Virus record (IMG/VR): IMGVR_UViG_3300032225_000686
Direction: 5' to 3' (one strand)
DNA: 64,000 bases
Source of the DNA: a virus
Lineage: Duplodnaviria; Caudoviricetes
In this document: in pieces, positions 11,201 to 20,616 of the stretch
Layout: every line of letters starts with the position of its first letter
How positions within the stretch are numbered: position 1 is the stretch's first letter
Translations under genes and position numbers: made by a program
The notes under the pieces: generated by a model
Database searches by the model: none
Told to the model about the DNA's origin: nothing
What the model saw: only the letters and a program-made list of their open reading frames with translations

Positions 11201-12305
11201 ATGCCATTCCCGCCGGATTCAAAAGTCTTCTAATCACATCACGATATCGGTCTATCGTGATCTCGGTGAGTAGGACATACGAGAAGTCCTGATAGTAGCG
11301 GTTGTCTTGCATTACTTTGTTGCTGCTCAACCTACCGTCGTTATTCGCGTAATATCCGGAGTATTCTGCTTGTCCCTTGACTGTTACCGTTCCCGCAAAT
11401 CCCGTTCCGATTTCGGATTCCACCGTTATGGTTGGAGCAATCTTGTAGTTGATACCAAAATTGTCGATGGTGATTTTCTTGATACTTCCCGAAGAATCAA
11501 CTTCAGATACTCTCGCTGCTGCTTTAACTCCAGTATCGCTCCCCGATGGAGTAAAGACTACCGTATCGCCAACCTTATAGTTTGAGCCACCACTTGTTAT
11601 GGTGATCTCACCGATAACCGAAAACACTCGGTTTTCTTTGCGTAGGTTTCCATCTTGGTCGGCGAACTCAATTCCATAGTAGCCCGATTCGAACTCTCCA
11701 TTTATTCCACCCAAGGATAGTTCTGCAACATCGTAGATTCCAATTCTGTAGGTGGAAACATCTAGAACTCTTCCGCTAGCGATAATCTCGCCTTCGTTGT
11801 TCTTTTGAATCACGCTTGTCCCTAGAGAATCGTATATTCTCGTCCCTAGAGCATTAGATAACTTGATGGTTTTGCGAAGAATCCATTTACCATCGGATAG
11901 TTTTAGGATGTCCTTCTTTGGGTAATAGAACTCTACTGCGGTGTCATAAAGGATACGGAATAGAAAATCGTAAGTCTTTTCCGTACCCTTGGCTTTGTAG
12001 AAACTTCGAATGTTCTTTACTAGTTTGGTTGTGTCGAGCAGGGTCTTGTCATCTGTTATGGCTAGAGTCTCAGGGAACTCAAACAAGAACTCTTTCTTGA
12101 ACTTACCCACAAACTCATCCATAGTCTGATCTATATCCACTACCTCTTTTAGTCGTTTTGGGGAACGAAGATAGGTGGTGTCTTTATCCATCCATTCGTA
12201 ATACGCGGTTAGGAATGCTGTCAATGATGGGTGGTCCACCCTGACAAACTCAGGAACCTGCCCATTTACGAACGGTGAGACTGGATTTTTGTTCTGATCT
12301 AGCAT
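8262..12305 (-). CDS. gp7: Baseplate wedge initiator gp7-like, with large C-terminal insertions
   Basis: QVPEFVRVDHP..FLTAYYEW, IRSFYKAKGTEKTYDFLFRILY and MQDNRYYQDFSYVL motifs; between gp6 and gp8. Confidence 0.8.
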   Translation of the reverse strand: MLDQNKNPVSPFVNGQVPEFVRVDHPSLTAFLTAYYEWMDKDTTYLRSPKRLKEVVDIDQTMDEFVGKFKKEFLFEFPETLAITDDKTLLDTTKLVKNIRSFYKAKGTEKTYDFLFRILYDTAVEFYYPKKDILKLSDGKWILRKTIKLSNALGTRIYDSLGTSVIQKNNEGEIIASGRVLDVSTYRIGIYDVAELSLGGINGEFESGYYGIEFADQDGNLRKENRVFSVIGEITITSGGSNYKVGDTVVFTPSGSDTGVKAAARVSEVDSSGSIKKITIDNFGINYKIAPTITVESEIGTGFAGTVTVKGQAEYSGYYANNDGRLSSNKVMQDNRYYQDFSYVLLTEITIDRYRDVIRRLLNPAGMAFYGKVLLKRCAYTDLNQATSLIEYDVPIIGHYLPYTFLTHDDLNKWFRKVSVVDGEVISEPSGYNRSRHTPPIQYDLGGVPNGKVDLEDYAQYLQSHPDASLNDFFFVIGNPFASGVSYQEPDLFNPPLGLSGQANADPFWIVYQHPNRRMSEPVVARIPYDLKDEFLTDHGAASVFGYPTPTGACGHTVYWREWTESVTANREEWATGFTSGERYVMLSYNPLVPFYGPISSAISAGTSQSLTAYRQETTGSESNPTFLYDPFTVEFRNTQPSTTVDFSTFLSETSPLYGPKLIGGKLCYRFTDEILSASTAPTLQQIVDSLDSWLQSNGLNSQSQEYVMIDLNTIFFPSKIQPTYAGSFTGQQEIEDKNQILSDMVVVLKLIKLKYPLCRFGYNGWPRIPNFVNVVEDLYRSIENLPNENQKALVIEAAENVKALIHEQDVMYLDCHFRSPSIEKSITKFKRLLDASKYLNETFVGEGIERKFVIMVSSRLYKTNGKDTPNFFISSLSDTRKYLPEYSAIKASVFYSVWEDILNDSDYGCRLIDGFYNDLNPSFLLDALMGSTGQDAVFAPYSKSPNIFNQDRSTNGDNYQIILRRAMTPYLHYVLGYTGATGENAEFYSATGPTALCPSYWFPLGDKKIVGHTGDMTSFETIRYNLANQIVMPLYCTFNSFIAREWAFASPTSGNLDTYSAYPQFNNSPEVPSTFAGFVLGDADGSGVVDNGDLALLLLGFRDYTGASENFYDAPWDYIPVVQGIESTTNGELLGYNIAYSDFRKITARAFFSMPVGKEFNCTNDQVKAPPFPQVYAEKMNGLTAPAANNYDYREPANLVTGGKNLILNLEAVRGITGTPQEGVSTLVYLGYYGIRSLWAELYAVKPSDSSGPEKEYMLANAGPFSPTSALISINSPFPNFENPDSTGEMFTANYFDSNGPIFRFRGQDYHSKRHFMRLKLVFRNSANAVVPEATKVMDFNYNKTS
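10641..10664. repeat. GC-rich CGCGCCCGY motif island
   Basis: CCCACACGCGCCCGTGGGTGTGGG. Confidence 0.75.
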
Positions 12306-12308
12306 CTA

Positions 12309-14216
12309 TCAATAGGGGAATGAGGTAGCACTTCTACTATCAGAACCAAATGAGGACTCTGGTTCCACTTGTATATTGCTCTGATCGTAGTCAATCATTA
12401 TGATTTGATTTCGTCTTGCTGATATGTCTTGTGCAGCAGGGATAACAGTTATCTTGATTTCAGAATCCGTTCTTGGGTTGATATACTCTACCTTGAAGTT
12501 GTTTAGAACTACCTTACCTGTGGTGTAGTCTATTGTTCCTGTCTTTCTGTTGATGTAGACCTTTTCTGTACCAACTACTTTGTAGATTCTAATATTACCT
12601 CTTCCGTCATCGTCCAAATAGCAATCAACGGTCGGCTTGACTAGTAGTGGACTTGTTGAATCTGCGTAACCAAACCCCGATGATGAAAGTATCGGCTGGT
12701 ATCCATCTATTGGGTGGAGTAATGCGTTGTCAAACTTTATATTGTATGGTGCGGAGTATGATAGTAGAGGCTCAATCTTTTTGTTCAGCCGTAGAGATAC
12801 TCTAGAACCGTTTATCGCTGCATTAGTGTTGTCTATGGAATACAGGAACTTCGACATCTTGAAGTTCTTGCCAAATTTGGACAGGTTGTCGCTCTCAAAA
12901 GTCTTGATGTTATTCAAGATGAATGCAGAAAGACCATCGGGGCTTAGGTTTGTTTTCGATGGGTTATAATAGGAGTTGCTGCTTATTTCCAAGAAGAGGA
13001 AGTCGGGGTCAACAATCTCTGGTGTGATGCCCACCAAATTTCTCTTGCTCAACACCGACTTCTCAAGAGCCAATTTCTCAAGGGTGCTGATACGCTTTCC
13101 GTTCTTTGGCTTGATCGAAATGAAGACTTTTCCGTATGATGGGGGATCGTTTTGCTCTCCACCCCATACCAAGAACGAATCTACACCATCAGAAAACTCT
13201 CTAACCAAGATAGTTTTGTAGTCTTCCTCGGTAACCGCTCTTTCCTGTGCTTGGTAGTTTCGGGGAGCGTAATACTTGATAGATGCCATGCTTTCAGGAT
13301 CAGTACCACCATAAGACACCCCATTCTTGTTGTAATCGTTGACTACAGGGGTGATTGATAGTGTGCTGCCGATCAAAGCAGTATTGACACCACTAGAATA
13401 GGTAAAGTTTGAACAACCGTTGGCTTCTATTCCGTGTGTCTGAACATACTCAACTTGTATCAGGTTGCCATTACGCAATGCCTTGCCCAAAATACCATCG
13501 CCAAAGTAGATTTCGAATCTACCGTCTTCGGTTTCTTGCAAGAAATATGCAAGAGATTCTGGGTTTAGACCGTTGATATCTGTAGCCTTGAACCACAGAT
13601 TAGCAAGACCCGTTGTATTTGTTGTGGACTCTTGAACTCTTACTACCAAGGTATCGACATCTATCTTGTTGCTTGGTAGGATGAACTTTTGAGTTGGATC
13701 AAAACTGTTCACCACAAAGTTGTAGGTTTTTAGTGTTCCTTCGTATAGTTTGACCGACTTTACTACAGGAGTATTGTTAACTACTTGAACCTTGTATGAC
13801 TCTAGGGGTATGAAGTTGTAGGTTGTATTCCCCAACTTACCTCGGAAGATGTCACCTTTGTTGACGAAGGCATTTCCCTTTATTGCAGAATCAAGAGCAG
13901 AAGAGTTGAACACCATATCGACTTCAATCTTGGACGATTTGACCGATCTTGGCGTATAACCCAAATGCTTGGCTATTGACACTACACTTGGTCGCAGTAC
14001 GGCAGAATCCAAGAACGCTTCATTTGCTACCATGTTTGCATAAAAAGCCTGATAGTGGGTGTTGTAGGCTAGAACATCCAATAGAATATTCATGCCTGCA
14101 CCCTCAAAGTCGAAGTCTTTAAACTGCTCCTGTGCTCGCAGGTAATCCTTTAGATTTGTCTTGATGGCATCAAAATCCAAACCATCTATGCGTAGATTTG
14201 CGTTATTGGTGCTCAT
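12309..14216 (-). CDS. gp6: Baseplate wedge subunit gp6
   Basis: LDFDAIKTNLKDYL..FKDFDFEGAGMNILLDVLAYNTHY, YQAQERAVTEEDY, GTIDYTTGKV. Confidence 0.95.
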   Translation of the reverse strand: MSTNNANLRIDGLDFDAIKTNLKDYLRAQEQFKDFDFEGAGMNILLDVLAYNTHYQAFYANMVANEAFLDSAVLRPSVVSIAKHLGYTPRSVKSSKIEVDMVFNSSALDSAIKGNAFVNKGDIFRGKLGNTTYNFIPLESYKVQVVNNTPVVKSVKLYEGTLKTYNFVVNSFDPTQKFILPSNKIDVDTLVVRVQESTTNTTGLANLWFKATDINGLNPESLAYFLQETEDGRFEIYFGDGILGKALRNGNLIQVEYVQTHGIEANGCSNFTYSSGVNTALIGSTLSITPVVNDYNKNGVSYGGTDPESMASIKYYAPRNYQAQERAVTEEDYKTILVREFSDGVDSFLVWGGEQNDPPSYGKVFISIKPKNGKRISTLEKLALEKSVLSKRNLVGITPEIVDPDFLFLEISSNSYYNPSKTNLSPDGLSAFILNNIKTFESDNLSKFGKNFKMSKFLYSIDNTNAAINGSRVSLRLNKKIEPLLSYSAPYNIKFDNALLHPIDGYQPILSSSGFGYADSTSPLLVKPTVDCYLDDDGRGNIRIYKVVGTEKVYINRKTGTIDYTTGKVVLNNFKVEYINPRTDSEIKITVIPAAQDISARRNQIIMIDYDQSNIQVEPESSFGSDSRSATSFPY

Positions 14217-14608
14217 CTAGTCCTCTCCAAGAAAATGCTGGTCTCAAAAATCTCTTGCTTGTTTATGATCGTGAACAGTATGCTTATAGTTATGGCGTTT
14301 TCATCGGGGCTTGGATTAAACGATACCTCCAAGTTTTCCACTCTAGGCTCGTACCTTCTTATGATGTCTGTGATCTGACTCTGCATGACTGCGTAAGTCA
14401 CGGGATTGTAGTTTTCAAAAAGTAGGTCTTGAATGCCCGAAGAAATTTCGGGATGAAATGGCTTCTCGTATCTCTTCAGAAGTATGAGATTCCTCAAGGC
14501 TCTCTTTACTGCTTCGGCATCTTCTTTGACAGCAACATCCTTGGTTACAGGGTTTGCCTGAAAACTCAAGTCCAAATCTCTGAAGTAGTTCTTCTTTGTT
14601 GCCATCAA
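14213..14608 (-). CDS. gp25: Baseplate wedge subunit gp25
   Basis: DLDLSF..NPVTKD, AVKRALRNLI..EKPFHPEI, IRRYEPRV, C-terminal LERTR. Confidence 0.95.
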   Translation of the reverse strand: MMATKKNYFRDLDLSFQANPVTKDVAVKEDAEAVKRALRNLILLKRYEKPFHPEISSGIQDLLFENYNPVTYAVMQSQITDIIRRYEPRVENLEVSFNPSPDENAITISILFTIINKQEIFETSIFLERTR

Positions 14609-15249
14609 TATTGCCTTATGATCTCAAGTTCTACGAATGATCGGTATCTCTCAACCAATCGCATAGTGTCATCGGTATCGCTTGGTACATTATTCTTGTC
14701 ATTCCATTCAACACGAATGAACCCAACATATAGTTCTTGCTTTTTGATGGGCATCAGGATGAAGGCTTCTATGTTTTTGGACTCGTTGTAAACCCTCAAA
14801 GAGGATTCCTCAACTAATGCTTTTGTTAGAAGAATCTTTGGATCGTCCTCTTTAATCATTTCAATCATGTCCCAAAAGATTGTTGTGAGGACATTCTGAA
14901 GATAGGGATATTCCATAGACACACCCGGTCTGCATGACTCATGGGATATACTAAACCTCTTCATGGGCGATCCCTCTAGGAAGCGACCCCCGTTGTGAAA
15001 CTGACCAATTTGAACTCGGTCAGCCTCCATGTTGATACGAAGAGAAGTCAGCATCTCATGAATGTGGCTGTGCTTAAGATCGGGCTTTGCTGATATGCAT
15101 AGTTCCTTTGGGTCTTCTTTCTTGGTAACAAACTCACCATACTTTTTCTTGATGTATCCGAAGGTAAGCATCATACCTCCGAAAAGCCCTGCTATTGCCA
15201 TACCCAAGTTGACCCAAAAATCTAGATTTGTATTTGAGGTGTTGTACAT
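14605..15249 (-). CDS. Membrane protein with N-terminal TM helix and GAF-like domain; possible class III (T-like) holin
   Basis: 214 aa; one hydrophobic segment (FWVNLGMAIAGLFGGMMLTFGYI), then ADRVQIGQFHNG...ILMPI....VGFIRVEW GAF-like pattern. Function inferred. Confidence 0.5.
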   Translation of the reverse strand: MYNTSNTNLDFWVNLGMAIAGLFGGMMLTFGYIKKKYGEFVTKKEDPKELCISAKPDLKHSHIHEMLTSLRINMEADRVQIGQFHNGGRFLEGSPMKRFSISHESCRPGVSMEYPYLQNVLTTIFWDMIEMIKEDDPKILLTKALVEESSLRVYNESKNIEAFILMPIKKQELYVGFIRVEWNDKNNVPSDTDDTMRLVERYRSFVELEIIRQY

Positions 15250-15258
15250 ATGAACTCC

Positions 15259-15558
15259 TTAGCCACCACAGCCTACATTCTTGCTTCCCCATCCGACTGC
15301 CGAACCACAACTGATAGGATCACCGAGTCTCATCAGTTGCCTGCTGTTTACAAAGACCATTGATGATCCCTTGAGAGATATAGCCAAATGGCAATGATCG
15401 TCGCAGCAGCATACCCAACAATGTGGACCCCAACCATCAAATTGACGGTGTGCTCCTCTGCTGTTGATGTAGACATTTGATGACCCTGCTATGTTTTGAC
15501 GAGGGGGCCAACAATCATGACCTGTGCAAATGTCTCCGAACCGTGCTGCTCCTGCCAT
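15259..15558 (-). CDS. PAAR-domain spike tip protein (gp5.4-like)
   Basis: GAARFGDICTGH..WPPR, GSSNVYINSRGAHR, GSSMVFVN..MRLGDPISCG..GSKNV. Confidence 0.92.
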   Translation of the reverse strand: MAGAARFGDICTGHDCWPPRQNIAGSSNVYINSRGAHRQFDGWGPHCWVCCCDDHCHLAISLKGSSMVFVNSRQLMRLGDPISCGSAVGWGSKNVGCGG

Positions 15559-16547
15559 TATGGAAAGTATCCTCTCTTCTTCATCTCCAACAGGTATTCT
15601 TTGTTGGTAGCGGGTTTGCTGTCAATGTAGAATCTATTCTTGATATTTAGGATGAGCCTATCTCTATCAGAAGACCAGTTGTTGCTGATCTTGAGGCTAA
15701 AAGTCCTGTCTGCAAATACTCTAGGGTCTCTGGCGTTGAAGGCTCGTATTGTGAACTTCGCCGTTGCATATCCCCCTCTGCCATTCAAAAAAGATGCGGC
15801 AGAACCAACCGTAGCGTAGTTCTCTTCATCAATTTGAAAGTCTTTGGGTAGACGGAAAGCCTCGGTGAAGTAGTCCTTCTCGGCGGGGTCTCCCGGATTG
15901 TCGGGCAAGTCCATTTCTGATATGAACCCGTATGCCTTTCCTGTCTCCATGTCTAAAGTCAAATCAGGAGGGAACTCGCCCCCAACCACCATGTATTTGA
16001 TGTCGCAGCATTCGTTACATTCGTATTGATATACTGATCCGTAATACCCATCGGGGGAGTACGCATTAGATACTCCACCCAAAGTGTTTGTGTATGGTCC
16101 GGGTGCGGGGTGAGCAGGAAAGTACATTGTCGTATTCTCTTCAGAGAAATACTGCAACTCCCTAACTGTGATGTTGGTTGCCAAGGTGTTAGCCATACTC
16201 TTGCTCTTCCCCAATTCACCAAACTCAATCAGACAGGCTCCATTTAAGGCAGACCCCGTTGCTCCTGATATGAGAGAACCGACTGATTGGCTTTGGTGGT
16301 AGTAATGGGCAGTTACTCCAATAGAACGACACCCATCTTCGGGAGTAATATCGACACCATTTATTCTGTATGGACCTTCAGGATAATAGAACTCAGGCGG
16401 ACGCATCCCCCTGTGCGTGTATCTACCTAGCCATCCTGTCCAAAGTTGGGGTTCCGTATTGCTGTATTTGTCTGATCCATCGCCCAAGGTACATTGAGCC
16501 TGAACCACATATGCAATTCTGTTATACGGGGAGTTGACCTGCCTCAT
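15558..16547 (-). CDS. Hypothetical structural protein with putative Ig-like (He_PIG-type) segment
   Basis: 329 aa between gp5 and PAAR; YMVVGGEFPPDLTLDMETGKAYG...FTIRA...RTFSLKI resembles putative-Ig repeats. Confidence 0.5.
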   Translation of the reverse strand: MRQVNSPYNRIAYVVQAQCTLGDGSDKYSNTEPQLWTGWLGRYTHRGMRPPEFYYPEGPYRINGVDITPEDGCRSIGVTAHYYHQSQSVGSLISGATGSALNGACLIEFGELGKSKSMANTLATNITVRELQYFSEENTTMYFPAHPAPGPYTNTLGGVSNAYSPDGYYGSVYQYECNECCDIKYMVVGGEFPPDLTLDMETGKAYGFISEMDLPDNPGDPAEKDYFTEAFRLPKDFQIDEENYATVGSAASFLNGRGGYATAKFTIRAFNARDPRVFADRTFSLKISNNWSSDRDRLILNIKNRFYIDSKPATNKEYLLEMKKRGYFP

Positions 16548-18388
16548 GCAAACTCCCCACCGTCAACCTGATCTACTGCGTCGGACGGGAAGTTAGTCTC
16601 GTATGCAACGATTGGAACGGCGGGGATTGCTGGTGAACTGCCTACTGATGGGTCATTTAGTTGCGTAGCAGCCTTGCCGGGGTATCCTGTGATAAGAGTA
16701 GCCTTTCCGCCCTGAACAGCATACAAACTCGTTGTGGGCAATCCGGGTGCGGCTGTGGGGGCTAGGTTTACGCTTGTGACGGGTTGATTCTGTCCTGCTA
16801 TACCTGCTGCTACAGGAGGTAGAGCCGTCTGTGTCTGCGTTCCTGCCGCTGCTGAATTTGTGGCAAACATGGCTCCAAGATCGGTTCCTTGATTTGCTAC
16901 TCCCGCAATACCGCCCGCCTGCATATTTCCACCGATTCCTCCAACAGCAGAACCAACAGGAGCCGCTGCACCACCTCCACCAAGTATTGCTCCACCAACA
17001 CCCAATAGACTTCCAAGATTTAGTGGACCTGCACCCTGACCAATTGATCCTAATCCGGTTCCTTCTGCTGCACCACCTACCGCTTGACCAATACCTCCGA
17101 CAATTCCACCAACAGCAGATTGAATTCCTGATATGACTGAGCCTATTCCAGATACAACAGAGTTTAATCCTGTATCTGCTTGCCCCGCTACTGATTGTAA
17201 TGGATTTGCTGATGCTTGAGCCTGCTGTGCTGCTGCCTGAACACTATCAAGTTGAGTTGCTTGTGATGCTGCTATTCCGCCTCCTGCAATCGAACTTGTT
17301 GTGGTTGTTACGCTGCTTACCGTGGTTACATTACCGCCTGCCGCTGCTACAGACAAAGCACTCGCGCTCGCGGGTGCGCCCGCGCCCGTGGGCATGAGAC
17401 CAGTAATAATTGCTCCCGGGTCTAGACCTTCGGGATTGAAATCTATGCGTGGGGCAACAAACAACATGTTTCCGCTACTTGCGACCGTATAGGTTCCTCC
17501 AACCTTGTGGACGAAATCCTTCTTGGTCTCCATGATGATGTTGCCGTTAACTAAAATCTTGGCATCGCCTGCTATCTCCACCAGCAAGTCTTTGCCCACC
17601 TTTTGCTTGCTAGTGCCATTAATGATAAGATCGCAGTTGCCTTTGATTAAAACCCGATTGTTTCCTGCAACGATCTCATAGTTATCGGACTTTATCTTCT
17701 CTACCTTCTTGCCGTCAGGATGTATTTCAGACCATGTGCCTGCTCGGTGGTAGATGCCAATACGCTCTGCTCCTGTGGTATCATCTATCTCAACTATATG
17801 CCCCGACTCACTTTCGATCACATGGTTTTGTGGATACTGTGCTGCGTATGGAGTCTGTGGCTCATCCCAACTTCCAATTAGGGCTGTGCTTACACCCTTC
17901 TCTACTCCATCCTTTTTAGTCTTGACGATTGTCTTGTCGATGCTTTCGTTACGGGCTAGCCTGTTTGTATCAGGTTCGCCTGCATAATCCTCGCTAGGAT
18001 ATTTGCCACTAGGATCATTGAATCCATCCTCGGGTGTTGACATCTTTCCTGTAAGATTGTCGGGTTGGGGAAAAGCCGCAAATGTTCCTAGTATTATTGG
18101 ATCTTGGCAATTGATGCCGTCGCGGAAGAAGCCAACCACCCACGCGCCCGCGAGCACGCCCGTGGGCGAGCGACCCTTACCGCTTACTGCTGAACTTGTA
18201 ATTGGTTGAAGTGGAGTTGCCCAAGGAAGGTCTTCTGTCGGAAGCAGAACCTTATCGCCTGTGTGAAAACCAAAGCATCTGACTCTTACACGACCCATCA
18301 TCAGAGGATCATCAATATCCTCCACGACTCCGTGAAACCAAACGAAGCCGTTCTTGCCTATTTGATCGTGTATAATTGACGCATCCAT
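16544..18388 (-). CDS. gp5: Baseplate hub/central spike gp5 (no lysozyme domain, long C-terminal extension)
   Basis: OB-fold FVWFHGVVEDIDDPLMMGRVRVRCFGFH, YPQNHVIESESGHIVEIDDT, beta-helix ending APRIDFN. Confidence 0.92.
   Translation of the reverse strand: MDASIIHDQIGKNGFVWFHGVVEDIDDPLMMGRVRVRCFGFHTGDKVLLPTEDLPWATPLQPITSSAVSGKGRSPTGVLAGAWVVGFFRDGINCQDPIILGTFAAFPQPDNLTGKMSTPEDGFNDPSGKYPSEDYAGEPDTNRLARNESIDKTIVKTKKDGVEKGVSTALIGSWDEPQTPYAAQYPQNHVIESESGHIVEIDDTTGAERIGIYHRAGTWSEIHPDGKKVEKIKSDNYEIVAGNNRVLIKGNCDLIINGTSKQKVGKDLLVEIAGDAKILVNGNIIMETKKDFVHKVGGTYTVASSGNMLFVAPRIDFNPEGLDPGAIITGLMPTGAGAPASASALSVAAAGGNVTTVSSVTTTTSSIAGGGIAASQATQLDSVQAAAQQAQASANPLQSVAGQADTGLNSVVSGIGSVISGIQSAVGGIVGGIGQAVGGAAEGTGLGSIGQGAGPLNLGSLLGVGGAILGGGGAAAPVGSAVGGIGGNMQAGGIAGVANQGTDLGAMFATNSAAAGTQTQTALPPVAAGIAGQNQPVTSVNLAPTAAPGLPTTSLYAVQGGKATLITGYPGKAATQLNDPSVGSSPAIPAVPIVAYETNFPSDAVDQVDGGEFA
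17359..17398. repeat. GC-rich CGCGCCCGY motif island (double)
   Basis: CACTCGCGCTCGCGGGTGCGCCCGCGCCCGTGGGCATGAG. Confidence 0.75.
18137..18172. repeat. GC-rich CGCGCCCGY motif island (double)
   Basis: CACCCACGCGCCCGCGAGCACGCCCGTGGGCGAGCG. Confidence 0.75.
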
Positions 18389-19725
18389 TATAACACCTTG
18401 AGTTGGGCTTCCTTCTTGTCGGGTAGTGGTGATGCGTATGAATCTTTGGCAAGAGTCATAATGATGTCATAATCATCGTGTGTAAATGAGTGGTTGATCT
18501 TTGTAATCAAGTAGTTGCCAGATAGGTATGGATCGTAAGGATCGCTCTTCTTTGCGGTATCTTCTTGAGATACTATCTTCAGTTCCACTATGTCTCCCAC
18601 CCTTCTTCTTGAATCTCCACTAGCAGTTGCCTGTATGAGTATGGTGTTCATCTGATTCAAAAGGCTTTGTCTGTTGAGAGCGTATAGATCGTGAGTTTCA
18701 TTGTCCTCAACACCATCATATCTGTAACTGTTCTTTGCCAACACCTTACGATAACTCATTACCTTGTCGCTATACTTATCTAGAGTAAAAGGAACAAGGG
18801 GATGCTTGTCAACATGGTCAACATCAGTATAGTTTCCTGAATAGCGATATACGGTGGACTCTATCTTCTTATTGTTGATATCAAATGTCGTTAGAAGAGA
18901 TGAGAACATACCGACTCCGATATCCTGAAGACGATTGCCTACACTCAAGACTGTGTACTCGCTGAGATTTGAAAATGCCAACAAGTCTTTTGTTTTGTCC
19001 GGTGGGCTATCGGAGTAAGACGCGGTTACAGGCATGTTTTTGAAGTAAGTTATGGGCATGAACTGATATGACCCATCCAATGATTGGAAGAACATGTAAT
19101 CCGCAACCGATTGATTAGATGCTGCACATGCTTTGTTTGCAAGCCAGTTTATGGTGTAAAACGGAGACCAATATGGAACAACTAGACTTCTTGCTCCATC
19201 TGTAGGAAATGCGTGTAGTCTTTCAGAGTCAGCGTTGATTTCAATACCTGCCTGTTCAACAGCAGGGTTGATGTATTCATCAAATATGTTCTGAACCATA
19301 TCGCTATATGGGATTTTTGAGAATGACTTGCTGAACTTCATGGTGCTATTTTGGAAGAACTCCTCCGACACCATTTCTACACTAATCATCACAGCCTTGT
19401 CTGCACCAAGTTCCAACCTCTTCGATATCTTATAGACTCGCATGTTCAACTCAATCTTCTTCTGTGGTTGATCTTCTTGGCCGGGAGTATAGAACACTAT
19501 CTTGATCTTTTCCTCACCAACCAATGGCAAGTGTCTGGATAGTGCTAGAGAATCACCGAAGATGATTGTTCCTGATAGCGAGTTAGAATACAAGTCCTCG
19601 TAAATTTCAACAGAGTATATCAAGTTCCATATGCTCAAAGAAAAGCCGCTTGCTGATGTGAGGGTGATGTCCTCAATAATCAGATCGCCGGGTGCGGCTA
19701 GTTTAGCATTAGATACTCTGCCCAC
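18388..19725 (-). CDS. Baseplate hub protein (gp27/contractile-system D-like)
   Basis: 445 aa between gp53 and gp5; IYEDLYSNSLSG, YMFFQSLDG, GDSRRRVGDIVEL, LSGNYLITKINHSF. GTG start. Confidence 0.7.
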   Translation of the reverse strand: MGRVSNAKLAAPGDLIIEDITLTSASGFSLSIWNLIYSVEIYEDLYSNSLSGTIIFGDSLALSRHLPLVGEEKIKIVFYTPGQEDQPQKKIELNMRVYKISKRLELGADKAVMISVEMVSEEFFQNSTMKFSKSFSKIPYSDMVQNIFDEYINPAVEQAGIEINADSERLHAFPTDGARSLVVPYWSPFYTINWLANKACAASNQSVADYMFFQSLDGSYQFMPITYFKNMPVTASYSDSPPDKTKDLLAFSNLSEYTVLSVGNRLQDIGVGMFSSLLTTFDINNKKIESTVYRYSGNYTDVDHVDKHPLVPFTLDKYSDKVMSYRKVLAKNSYRYDGVEDNETHDLYALNRQSLLNQMNTILIQATASGDSRRRVGDIVELKIVSQEDTAKKSDPYDPYLSGNYLITKINHSFTHDDYDIIMTLAKDSYASPLPDKKEAQLKVL

Positions 19726-19726
19726 T

Positions 19727-20614
19727 TCAGACTCCGCTTGTCTTTGTCTTGTTGAACATGAAAGAGAACTGCTTTAGTGCTTCGTTTATGAAGTACGGCT
19801 TTAGAAGATTGATGCTTCTTTTGCTTTCGTTTAGTTCGTACTCATATTCGCTGTTGTTCTTGTATGGCAAGACTGCTAAAGATGGTCTTCTGATATCGTC
19901 GTTGGGGTTTGTGTAAAGTAGGATTCTTACCGTCACTCCCAAGAAGTCGGCAGTTTCATCTATTCTTCCTCTTGGGTTTAGTGTCTCACCACTACTATCA
20001 ACAAAATGATTTAGTGCTGTATCATTCTGTTCTATGTAACGAATCGACCCCAATAGATTGGTCTCTTTGCTGTTCTTCAAAACTATTCGTCGGTTTTCTG
20101 GTACACCATTGTTTAACCAACCATCATCAAGCACTACCATCTTCATCAACAAAGGATCATAAGATACTGCTTTCAACTCTCTAGTTTCTGATCCTTGAGT
20201 TATGCTAACCACAACTTCTCCATCTACGATAGGTTCTGTTGCGTCTATTCTCTGATTCTTCTTAACGCCATCTGCGTAAAAGAAGGTGTCATCAACATAT
20301 ACTGCCTTGCCCGGATACTTGTATGCGATATATTGGTTCAACTCATCGTAACTCATCGGCCACTCGTAATACGGGTCAAGAATCTCATTGAATAGCAGGA
20401 TGACCCAATGCAAATCAGATCTTCCGTATAGTTTGTGAGCCAAGGTGTCGGGTCTTTCGCCATCCTTGATCTGATAAGTTTCGTAAAGCCCTTCTCTTGA
20501 CTTTAGATATTCCGAGAACTTTGCTCTTACAAGGATATTTCTTGCCTGTCTTATGTCTACGGCATCTTTGTCTAGGACTACAGATGTTAATGGAAAGTAC
20601 GAGAAATAACTCAT
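19727..20614 (-). CDS. gp53: Baseplate wedge component gp53
   Basis: MSYFSYFP, YQIKDGERPDTLAHKLYGRSDLHWVILLFNEILDPYYEWP, YEYELNESKRSINLLKP. Confidence 0.93.
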   Translation of the reverse strand: MSYFSYFPLTSVVLDKDAVDIRQARNILVRAKFSEYLKSREGLYETYQIKDGERPDTLAHKLYGRSDLHWVILLFNEILDPYYEWPMSYDELNQYIAYKYPGKAVYVDDTFFYADGVKKNQRIDATEPIVDGEVVVSITQGSETRELKAVSYDPLLMKMVVLDDGWLNNGVPENRRIVLKNSKETNLLGSIRYIEQNDTALNHFVDSSGETLNPRGRIDETADFLGVTVRILLYTNPNDDIRRPSLAVLPYKNNSEYEYELNESKRSINLLKPYFINEALKQFSFMFNKTKTSGV

Positions 20615-20616
20615 GA

